This document shows, piece after piece, positions 9,357 to 17,436 of a stretch of DNA of 64,000 bases. Where the stretch lies: IMG/VR virus record IMGVR_UViG_3300002835_000097, positions 24,058 to 88,057 of that record; one strand, 5' to 3'. This DNA is from a virus. Taxonomy: Duplodnaviria; Caudoviricetes. The translations under genes and the position numbers were made by a program. The notes beneath the pieces were generated by a model. The model was not told the DNA's origin. It worked only from the letters and a program-made list of their open reading frames with translations, and searched no databases. Position 1 is the stretch's first letter, and each line of letters begins with the position of its first letter.

Positions 9357-9878
9357 ATGAATAATTTATTTGGTAAAGAATTTAAAAACCTGTATAAAGA
9401 TGCTATAAATATATTACTGGATAGCAGTGGCCTAACTGTGCCATGTACTTTGAGATACACAGGAATTAATAGCCCAATATATTGCAATAATTGTATTTTT
9501 GATAGCATATCACAATTATCTACTAATAAATATAACGGCACAGGACCAGTATCATTTACAGAAGGAACTATTTGTCCTGTTTGCATGGGAATGGGAATGA
9601 TGCAATCTAATATTGGTACAGAAGTTGTCTACCTTGCTTGTATTTTTGATAGCAAACATTGGATAAATTGGTCATCAAAAACATTGAATATACCTGACTC
9701 AATGGTTCAAACAATATGTAAAATTGAATTATTGCCAAAATTAAGAAATGCTACAGAATTAGTTGTAGATAATAGTATTAATAAATATGGTAATTTTGTA
9801 TATGAAAGACATGGAGATCCTGAACTTGCGGGATTAGGAGACAATGCTTATATAATTTGTATGTGGAAAAGAAAATGA
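9357..9878 (+). CDS. Putative head-closure (stopper) protein with CxxC...CxxC Zn-ribbon insertion
   Basis: YCNNC and ICPVCMGMG motifs; beta-rich; lies in the neck block. Confidence 0.5.
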   Translation: MNNLFGKEFKNLYKDAINILLDSSGLTVPCTLRYTGINSPIYCNNCIFDSISQLSTNKYNGTGPVSFTEGTICPVCMGMGMMQSNIGTEVVYLACIFDSKHWINWSSKTLNIPDSMVQTICKIELLPKLRNATELVVDNSINKYGNFVYERHGDPELAGLGDNAYIICMWKRK

Positions 9879-10519
9879 AAATATCTTTAACTTTACTAGA
9901 AACAGATAGTAAAATTAAAGACTTGATACTTATTGAAATTAAAAAAGTTATTGATAATGCTATAAATAAATCAATTAAAATTATTTCTAATGAAATTAAA
10001 TTTTTGATAGCAGAAGCACTAAGATCTCAACCAGAATATTCTTCTTTAATGGCAGGAACATTAAAAGCAGAGTTTGGAATATCAAATCCAGGATCAATAC
10101 CTCTAGTAATAGATGCATTAATAGATACCTTAGATGTTAAAAATTCAAATACAAAAATATCTTCAAATGGTATAATAGGTGGTTTTACTATAACTATGAT
10201 GAAATCCGATGATATGAACGGCGTTATATCAGCAAATATAGCTACTGTTTCAGATGAAAATAAAGGATATGTGCTTCCTTGGTTAGAATGGTTATTATAT
10301 GGAGGAAATGAAATAATAGTACAAAATTATGAAGTTGTTTATGGTAATTTCTCATATTCTAGATCTGGCATGGCAATTATGAAACCTTCTAGCGGAGCAT
10401 GGAAAGTACCATCGGAATTTGCAGGAACAGAGGATAATAATTGGACTACTAGAGCTATTAATAGTGTAGAAGATAATATATATAAAATTATACAAAAAAA
10501 TATAGAACAATATTTATAA
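9875..10519 (+). CDS. Putative neck / tail-completion protein (HK97 gp10-like position)
   Basis: LPWLEWLL..G and C-terminal GTEDNNWTTRAI pattern; ATG 9875 overlaps the upstream TGA. Confidence 0.5.
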   Translation: MKISLTLLETDSKIKDLILIEIKKVIDNAINKSIKIISNEIKFLIAEALRSQPEYSSLMAGTLKAEFGISNPGSIPLVIDALIDTLDVKNSNTKISSNGIIGGFTITMMKSDDMNGVISANIATVSDENKGYVLPWLEWLLYGGNEIIVQNYEVVYGNFSYSRSGMAIMKPSSGAWKVPSEFAGTEDNNWTTRAINSVEDNIYKIIQKNIEQYL

Positions 10520-10528
10520 GGAATATTT

Positions 10529-11281
10529 ATGGTAAATACAAAATGTTGTGAATGTATGTTTGCTAGTCCAGTAGAAGATTCGAATACATTAAAAGGATGT
10601 TCAAAAGATATTATATCTAAAATTATGAATATTAAAGAAATATCTATTGATGAGAATGGATATAATCATATTCAAAATTATGCTTGTAGATATGGATTTT
10701 CTCAAAATATATATAACCAATATAAAGAAAATTTTATAGATGGATCTTTAGAACAAATGATAAATACTAATACTTTAATTAGACTATATTTAATAATTGA
10801 TTGTTCTGATCCTTCTATTGATTTTGATAATATTATTGCCAAACTATCCAACTTAGATATTCCGCCAGTTGCAATATCTTTTATGTTCAGATCAAGGTCA
10901 TTTAGGCCATTTTTACCTGAAAAACACAATGATCTTTGCAACTCCTTACTGAAAAACTGTAAGTGGAAAGCTCATAATTTTTTATATGATATAGTAATAG
11001 ATGATGCTATTAGTCATGTCTTATCTACCAATGCTAAAATGAATAACAGTTATTATTTTTTGGTGTATGATGGTAGTAGAATTGATCAATTAAATACAGA
11101 TATAATAAATATTAATGATAATGTTATATTATATCAAAAACCCATGATAGCCATGATTGAAAGCCAAGACGCTTTACATAAATTTTTTATGAGTTTTGAT
11201 AATTATGCAGTTTCCAAAGAAATCTCACATAGCTTATTAGAGTCAATAAAGAAAGAACAAAACAATATAATTTATTACTAA
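10529..11281 (+). CDS. Hypothetical protein with Cys-containing N-terminus
   Basis: 250-aa ORF with an AAGGA SD; TKCCECMF..GC..AC. Confidence 0.65.
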   Translation: MVNTKCCECMFASPVEDSNTLKGCSKDIISKIMNIKEISIDENGYNHIQNYACRYGFSQNIYNQYKENFIDGSLEQMINTNTLIRLYLIIDCSDPSIDFDNIIAKLSNLDIPPVAISFMFRSRSFRPFLPEKHNDLCNSLLKNCKWKAHNFLYDIVIDDAISHVLSTNAKMNNSYYFLVYDGSRIDQLNTDIININDNVILYQKPMIAMIESQDALHKFFMSFDNYAVSKEISHSLLESIKKEQNNIIYY

Positions 11282-11287
11282 GTATTT

Positions 11288-11295
11288 GGTGTATT
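11288..11295 (+). promoter_or_regulatory. GGTGTATW motif copy 3
   Basis: GGTGTATTCTA 44 bp upstream of ATG 11332. Confidence 0.6.
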
Positions 11296-11331
11296 CTATA
11301 AAATATACATCCTATTTCGCGGGAGTTTACA

Positions 11332-12546
11332 ATGCCGAACAACAGAATTTATTATGCTTCTCAGGTTGCTCAGTTAAGACCATGTAATGATACTGGATCC
11401 AGCGTAACAAGCTATTGGTATAATCCTCTAGGTGTTCAAAGCGTTGGTATGACAACAAATTTTAACCGAGAACAAACTTTTCAACTAGGAACAGTAGAAA
11501 TATATGATAATGTTGAAACCGTTCCAGAAGTTGAAGTAACTATCAACAAAATAATAGATAGTACTAGTCCTTTATATTTAATGGCAATGGGCGGTGGCGG
11601 CGGGATAGGAGATGCCATAAATGCTAGTTTAGTCTCATTATCAAATAATAGAGTTCATTTTCGTTTAGGAATTTATGAAGATAACAAACAATTCACAGAA
11701 GATGCAGCAGCTTCATATGTTGTATGCACAGGAATGTATTTGTCTAGTTTTAATTATACATTGCCAGTAGAAGGAAATGCTACTGAAGAAATTACACTTG
11801 TAGGAAATCACAAAAGATGGAATTATAATTATCCTGGAATAAACACTGGAGCACCTTCAGTTGGTGATACATTTACTCAAGGAAAAGTAGCGAATGGAGT
11901 AAGACCATCAAGTAGTAGTGGAATTTTACGTAGACAATATTTTAATATTCAACAATCAACACTTCCTGTTGGAACAGGTGGCATTGGTGGTCCAACATAC
12001 TCCAAATTACCTCATATTCAAAATATTACCATGAGTTCTAATCTTGGAAGAGAAAGTATCAATCAATTAGGTAAATTTAGTCCATATTGTAGATATGCAA
12101 CATTTCCTATTGAAGTTACTAGCGAATTTGAAATTATTGCAGAAGATGGCGATGGTTTAGATTTCAAAGACTTTAGTGGTGATAGTTTTTGCGGAACATC
12201 TAAAACTAATTTAGCATACAAAACTATTAGATTAGCCATTTGTGACTTTGACCATACTAATGGTAGTAATTCTATGGTTTTTGATCTTGGGTCAAAAAAT
12301 ACATTAACTGCAGTTAATTATGCTGGCGGCGATACTGGTGGTGGAAATGCCACAGTAACATATAGTTTTAGAAATTTCAATGACTTTAAAATAGATGCTA
12401 GTGGTACGTATGCTAAGGGAGTTACTATCAATGACGATGATAATGCTGTTAATGTTCAACAAATAAATAATCCCACAGTGTCGGCCACCACACCAGCATC
12501 AACTTCCACATTAGAATCAAATACTGGAGATATTTATAATGGGTAA
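11332..12546 (+). CDS. Major tail (tube) protein, paralog 1
   Basis: Lies between neck genes and chaperones/TMP; beta-rich with GVQSVG, PEVEVT, FPIEVTSEFE and GGDTGGGN blocks shared with the next two ORFs; GGGAG SD. Confidence 0.7.
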   Translation: MPNNRIYYASQVAQLRPCNDTGSSVTSYWYNPLGVQSVGMTTNFNREQTFQLGTVEIYDNVETVPEVEVTINKIIDSTSPLYLMAMGGGGGIGDAINASLVSLSNNRVHFRLGIYEDNKQFTEDAAASYVVCTGMYLSSFNYTLPVEGNATEEITLVGNHKRWNYNYPGINTGAPSVGDTFTQGKVANGVRPSSSSGILRRQYFNIQQSTLPVGTGGIGGPTYSKLPHIQNITMSSNLGRESINQLGKFSPYCRYATFPIEVTSEFEIIAEDGDGLDFKDFSGDSFCGTSKTNLAYKTIRLAICDFDHTNGSNSMVFDLGSKNTLTAVNYAGGDTGGGNATVTYSFRNFNDFKIDASGTYAKGVTINDDDNAVNVQQINNPTVSATTPASTSTLESNTGDIYNG

Positions 12547-13765
12547 TCTTAATAAAAGAATTTTTTATGCTACACAAAGTATTAATCTTCAACCAGTATC
12601 TACTGGAAATGCCGTCCCTATAAATTATAGAGACCCAAGTCATTATGTTACTTATGGTCGATGGATTCAACCACTAGGTTTACAAAGTGCTGGTATAAGT
12701 ACAACATTTAATAATGAACCAGTTTCTCAACTTGGAACATTATCTATTTATACTCAAGTAGAAACATCTCCAGAAGTTGAAGTAACATTATCTAAATTAG
12801 TAGATGGAACAGCTCCTTTATATTCTTTATGCACAGCATGGACCAATGGAACCGCTGTTGTATCTAAAAATAAAGATATTACTGAAATATCAACAAATAT
12901 GGTTAATGCTAGATTTGCTGTTGCTAAAGATACTAGTTCTAAAGCTAGTGGAACACTTAGTCATCATACTTTATGCTCTGGTATGTATTTGAATAGTGTG
13001 TCTTTCACTTTCCCTGTTGATGGAAATGCTACTGAGCAAGTAACATTAGCCGGTAGTAGAAAAACATGGGGTGGTTCAGTTACTGTTCCTAATGGGGCTG
13101 CTGCTGAGGCTCTTGGAGACTTAGCAAGTCTTGTTGTTAGAAGACAGCATGTTGCAATAACTGGGGCTCTTGCTACGCTAAGCACAGTCAGAGATGAAAA
13201 TGATAAAATTACAACTTTTCCTGCCTTTACTATGCTACCAACTGGAATACTAGTTCCATATAAGCGAGAAATTAACGGAGGAGAAGATACTCCTAAAGTA
13301 CAAAATATAACAGTTAGTGCTTCTCTTAATAGAGAAAATATTAATGAATTAGGATTCTTTGGTCCATATTACAAATATACCACATTTCCTATTGAAGTGA
13401 CCAGTGAATTTGAATTGGTATCAGTATCTGGTGATTTTATCAATGCTAATGATTTTATGGCTTATGACAATGAAGATAACCCCATCAGTTCTGCAACATG
13501 CGCAACAGATTATAGCAATACTCCTAATGAAGAAATTGTTATTAAAGTTTGTGGAGCAACAAATGCTGATGCTTTATATCTAGATCTTGGAACAAAGAAT
13601 AGATTAACCTCAGTTAATTATACAGGAGGAGATACTGGTGGTGGTAATGCTACTGTTACATATAGCTATCAAACATTCAACAAGTTCAATGTTATTCCTG
13701 AGGGCTCTTATGCTAAATATCTTAGCCATAATGGATCAGCCTATGCCTCTGGTACATTAACCTAA
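12539..13765 (+). CDS. Major tail (tube) protein, paralog 2
   Basis: Same conserved blocks (GLQSAG, PEVEVTLSK, FPVDGNATE, FPIEVTSEFE, GGDTGGGNATVTYS); GGAG SD. Confidence 0.7.
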   Translation: MGNLNKRIFYATQSINLQPVSTGNAVPINYRDPSHYVTYGRWIQPLGLQSAGISTTFNNEPVSQLGTLSIYTQVETSPEVEVTLSKLVDGTAPLYSLCTAWTNGTAVVSKNKDITEISTNMVNARFAVAKDTSSKASGTLSHHTLCSGMYLNSVSFTFPVDGNATEQVTLAGSRKTWGGSVTVPNGAAAEALGDLASLVVRRQHVAITGALATLSTVRDENDKITTFPAFTMLPTGILVPYKREINGGEDTPKVQNITVSASLNRENINELGFFGPYYKYTTFPIEVTSEFELVSVSGDFINANDFMAYDNEDNPISSATCATDYSNTPNEEIVIKVCGATNADALYLDLGTKNRLTSVNYTGGDTGGGNATVTYSYQTFNKFNVIPEGSYAKYLSHNGSAYASGTLT

Positions 13766-13790
13766 ACATCAATTAAATAGGAGTTTTTAA

Positions 13791-14903
13791 ATGGGTAATA
13801 ATAATAGAATTTTTTACGGCTCACAGATAGCTCAATTAAAACCATCAACAACCGGAAATAAGTATGGTTCATGGTATCAGCCCCAAGGTGTTCAGAGTGT
13901 TGGATTCAATAATACACTATCTACTGAGCAGGCGTTTCAATTAGGTGCTATAGATATTTATGCTATTAGTGAGAATACTCCTGAAGTTGAAGTTACTATT
14001 AATAAGGCTCTAGACGGTACATGTCCTTTATATTTAATGGCCATGGGTGGCGAAACTGGAATCGAAGGAGCTAATACTAGCAGCTTCACAGATTCAAATC
14101 AACTTAAAAATAAAGGTTTTGCTGGATTAGCATTTAATACTGTAGACTTTAGATTAGGAATATATAGTGATATTAAATCTACAGTTAATGGTACCACAAC
14201 TGACTGGGTTGAATGTACTCCTATGTATTTATCTAGTTTAAACTATACTTTCCCAGTGGATGGAAATGCTACTGAAGAAATCACTTTAGTTGGAAATAAT
14301 AAAAAATGGGCTAAAAATAGTGGCGGTACTATGGGAGATATGACAGCTGCCACAATAAATAAAACAGCTAATAAATTAGCTCGTAGACAGTATATAAATA
14401 TTAGCGAATCAGTCTTACCAACAGGATTTAATGGAGTATTTAAAAGCGGCGGTTTGCCAACTGGTGTTGATGTTGATTTATACTTACAGAATATAACAAT
14501 AAGTGCTAATCTTGGTCGTGAGCAAATTAACGAGCTTGGTCAGTTAGCTCCATACTATAGATATGCAACCTTTCCTGTTGAAGTTACTAGTGAATTTGAA
14601 ATTATTGGTCAGGTCGGCGATTATATTACCGCAAATGACTTTATATTTAGTAGTGGCTGTGGTGTTAACTATAATAATCTAACAGAATTTCCTATTAGAT
14701 TAAAGATTTGTGGTAGTGGTGATCCTAGTAGCAATAATAATAGTTTACAATTCTATTTAGGTTCTGGTAATAAACTAACATCTGTTAATTATGCTGGTGG
14801 TGACACTGGTGGTGGAAATCTTACTATTACTTATGGTTTTAGAAACTATAATGATTTTTATGTTAGAGCCACCGGCAGTTATGCTGATGTGCCAACAGTA
14901 TAA
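13791..14903 (+). CDS. Major tail (tube) protein, paralog 3
   Basis: Same conserved blocks; AGGAG SD. Confidence 0.7.
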   Translation: MGNNNRIFYGSQIAQLKPSTTGNKYGSWYQPQGVQSVGFNNTLSTEQAFQLGAIDIYAISENTPEVEVTINKALDGTCPLYLMAMGGETGIEGANTSSFTDSNQLKNKGFAGLAFNTVDFRLGIYSDIKSTVNGTTTDWVECTPMYLSSLNYTFPVDGNATEEITLVGNNKKWAKNSGGTMGDMTAATINKTANKLARRQYINISESVLPTGFNGVFKSGGLPTGVDVDLYLQNITISANLGREQINELGQLAPYYRYATFPVEVTSEFEIIGQVGDYITANDFIFSSGCGVNYNNLTEFPIRLKICGSGDPSSNNNSLQFYLGSGNKLTSVNYAGGDTGGGNLTITYGFRNYNDFYVRATGSYADVPTV

Positions 14904-14952
14904 TAAAAATATATTTAATTAGGAATTTATAGAACAAGGATTTAGGATTAAA

Positions 14953-15114
14953 ATGGATGAATTATTTCAGATAATAGGAAAATTGTATACCGATATGTAT
15001 CATGCTCAAAAGTTTTTAGAAAATCTCCAGGAACAAATAAAAATTAAGGATGGAGAAATCTTAGCACTTAAAAGTAAATTAGTAAACAGTCCTAAGGATA
15101 ATATGGAAAAATAG
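14953..15114 (+). CDS. Small coiled-coil protein (53 aa), below the ORF-track cutoff
   Basis: AGGA SD, then MDELFQIIGKLYTDMYHAQKFLENLQEQIKIKDGEILALKSKLVNSPKDNMEK*; fills the 220-bp gap. Confidence 0.65.
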   Translation: MDELFQIIGKLYTDMYHAQKFLENLQEQIKIKDGEILALKSKLVNSPKDNMEK

Positions 15115-15123
15115 TATAATGAT

Positions 15124-16137
15124 ATGGTGCAAGAATTAGAGAGGGATATATATAGAATATTGTCTGGGAAATTACTATTTTCTTATAATAAAAAAAAATA
15201 TGTATTGACATTTCCTAAACCAATATTAAAATATAAAGCTAATTTAATTTATGAATCTATTATTAATGATGAAAAGTATAATGAGTGGATCAGATTGGAA
15301 AATTTAGATAAATATATGCAATATATGGGGGTGTGGGAACCTGGGATGTCAGCATTTATGAAAAAATCAGAACAAGAAATAGATAATCTTAAAGTATCAT
15401 TATATAATAATAGACTTAATGCAAAACTAACAAATAGAACAAAATTACAATTAAATAATTTAAGAGCCAAACTAGGTCAGTTAAATGGAATCAAACAAAC
15501 ATACTATATGCAAACACTAGAGGGATATGCTGAAAGTATAAAAAATGAATTCATAATGGTTAATACCATTTACCATAATGGTAAAAAAGCTTTTGATAAA
15601 TTTAAATCATTAAAAAATTCATTAAATAAATTTACTAATATTGTATCAGAAATAGACAAGCACGGACTTTCTGTATCAGACTATAGAAGAATTGCTAAAT
15701 CTGATTTATGGAGATCTTTGTGGAATGTTGGAAAAACTAATATATTTAAAAATGCAGTATCAGAATGGACAGAAGAACAATTAACTATAGTCAGTTATAG
15801 TATGATGTATGACAGTGTATATGAGCATCCAGAAAAACCTACAGATAATGTTATCAATGATGATGATATGCTTGATGGATGGATGATAATACAACGTAGG
15901 GCAATAGAAAAATCAAAGAAACAAGATGAGATGTTAAAAACAAATAATAAATTGGGTAAAGCACAAGAAGTATTTATTTTTACAGATTCTGATGAGGGTA
16001 TCCAAGAAGTTATGTCAATGAATTCTGATGAAGCAATTATGGATATTGCTCACAGAGAACATGTAATTAATAAATATCAACATATAGAACATACAGAATT
16101 ACCAGATATTCAAAAAGAGACTAAAAATAGGAATTAA
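15124..16137 (+). CDS. Putative tail assembly chaperone-like protein A
   Basis: Helical and charged; lies between tube and TMP genes; visible similarity to 16424..17332. Confidence 0.5.
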   Translation: MVQELERDIYRILSGKLLFSYNKKKYVLTFPKPILKYKANLIYESIINDEKYNEWIRLENLDKYMQYMGVWEPGMSAFMKKSEQEIDNLKVSLYNNRLNAKLTNRTKLQLNNLRAKLGQLNGIKQTYYMQTLEGYAESIKNEFIMVNTIYHNGKKAFDKFKSLKNSLNKFTNIVSEIDKHGLSVSDYRRIAKSDLWRSLWNVGKTNIFKNAVSEWTEEQLTIVSYSMMYDSVYEHPEKPTDNVINDDDMLDGWMIIQRRAIEKSKKQDEMLKTNNKLGKAQEVFIFTDSDEGIQEVMSMNSDEAIMDIAHREHVINKYQHIEHTELPDIQKETKNRN

Positions 16138-16140
16138 TTT

Positions 16141-16434
16141 ATGGATTATCAACAACAACTAATTACTGAAATCGAAACACGATTAAAAACAACTATGATA
16201 GGTTCATTAGCAAGATTCGAACAATCTTTTGGTCATTTGTGGGAAGAACCGGGACCAGATCAGCAAGAATACATAGATCTTTGGGAGTATACTAGAAATT
16301 CTATTTTAAATAATGGAAATAAACAAATAAGATTAGCATTGGAGACTCTATCATCTGTGGTATATAGATCGTATAAAACTAAACAAACATATAATTTTAA
16401 TAATAAGGAACTAGGAGATAAATATGAAAACTAA
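16141..16434 (+). CDS. Hypothetical protein (97 aa)
   Basis: KTTMIGSLARFEQSFGHLW..RNSILNNGNKQIR; tightly packed in the operon. Confidence 0.7.
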   Translation: MDYQQQLITEIETRLKTTMIGSLARFEQSFGHLWEEPGPDQQEYIDLWEYTRNSILNNGNKQIRLALETLSSVVYRSYKTKQTYNFNNKELGDKYEN

Positions 16435-17332
16435 AAATTTTAAGGTTACTATAGACGGTACAGAAAAAGAATTTGTTGTCAAGACACCATCATTAAATGA
16501 TCAAAGAGAAGCACAAAAAGTGTATAATCAAGCTTTCACTGATGCTATAAAAAGCAAAAGTGTTGTAAGAGCAAAGTTAGACGATCTTTTAGAAGATCAA
16601 GGTTTATGGAATGATGAGAAACAGGCTAAATTCACCACTTTACAAAAAGAACTTTTAGACGGTGAAAAAAGACTAGCAAAGGGTGGATTTAGTTTAAATG
16701 AAGCCAAAGACCTAGCTATTAAAATGAAGGGCATTAGAGATGAGATACGAGATCTAATTAGTGTTAGAACTAGTTTAGATAATCATAGTGCCGAAGGTCA
16801 AGCTGATAATGCCAGGTTTAATTATTTGGTTAGTGTTTGTGTGGTGTATAATGATACTAAACAACCATACTTTAATAATATGGAAGATTATCTTAATAGG
16901 TCAACCGATCAGGTTGGTTTGTTAGGAGCGCAAAATTTGGCTAATATGTTATATGGATTGGATAATGACTATGAAAGCAATCTGCCAGAAAACAAATTCT
17001 TAAAGAAATTTAAATTTGTTGACGATAAATTGCGACTTGTTGATAAAAAAGGTAGGCTCGTTGATGCTGAAGGTAGACTAGTAGATGAAAGTGGTAGATT
17101 CATAGATGAAGAAGGGAATTTTGTTGATAAATATGGTAACAAGGTAAATTCTGATGGAGATTATCTGGTTGACCCTCAGCCGTTCCTTGATGATAATGGA
17201 AATCCAATTATTTTAGAAGAAGACAAAAAAGATGAACCAACAGCAGTACAAACAGAGACAGCAAAAGAACCCCCAGTTTCTGAACCACCAAAAAGCACTG
17301 TTGCAGAATCTACGGAGCCTGTTAGTTCATAA
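16424..17332 (+). CDS. Putative tail assembly chaperone-like protein B with 7-aa GxxVDxx repeats
   Basis: Immediately upstream of the TMP; AGGAG SD; RLVDKKGRLVDAEGRLVDESGRFIDEEGNFVDKYG repeats; acidic Pro-rich tail. Confidence 0.6.
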   Translation: MKTKNFKVTIDGTEKEFVVKTPSLNDQREAQKVYNQAFTDAIKSKSVVRAKLDDLLEDQGLWNDEKQAKFTTLQKELLDGEKRLAKGGFSLNEAKDLAIKMKGIRDEIRDLISVRTSLDNHSAEGQADNARFNYLVSVCVVYNDTKQPYFNNMEDYLNRSTDQVGLLGAQNLANMLYGLDNDYESNLPENKFLKKFKFVDDKLRLVDKKGRLVDAEGRLVDESGRFIDEEGNFVDKYGNKVNSDGDYLVDPQPFLDDNGNPIILEEDKKDEPTAVQTETAKEPPVSEPPKSTVAESTEPVSS

Positions 17333-17362
17333 TAAGATTAATAATAATATTAATTTAATAGG

Positions 17363-17407
17363 TATTCCTAACCATGAGTTTAACCTTGTGGTTGGGAATA
17401 TTTTTTT
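17363..17407 (+). terminator. Intrinsic (Rho-independent) terminator upstream of the TMP gene
   Basis: 16-bp stem TATTCCTAACCATGAG / CTTGTGGTTGGGAATA (3 G-U pairs), 6-nt loop TTTAAC, followed by T7. Confidence 0.75.
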
Positions 17408-17436
17408 GGATCGTTAATTCTTTATAGGATAATATT

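Noticed and set aside
11332-14903. Tube-gene triplication as an assembly artefact
   Set aside because: The three copies are strongly diverged in DNA and protein with different loop lengths, so they are old paralogs, not duplicated reads.
821-15114. Stop-codon reassignment (TAG or TGA recoding) as in some large phages
   Set aside because: Very long ORFs are open under the standard code, TAG at 821-823 ends the LamG protein at its expected C-terminus, and TGA is used in several ATGA overlaps.
15190-15198. A9 run as a programmed frameshift site in the chaperone-like gene
   Set aside because: It encodes KKK near the N-terminus of an intact ORF in an AT-rich genome; canonical tail-chaperone shifts occur near the 3' end.
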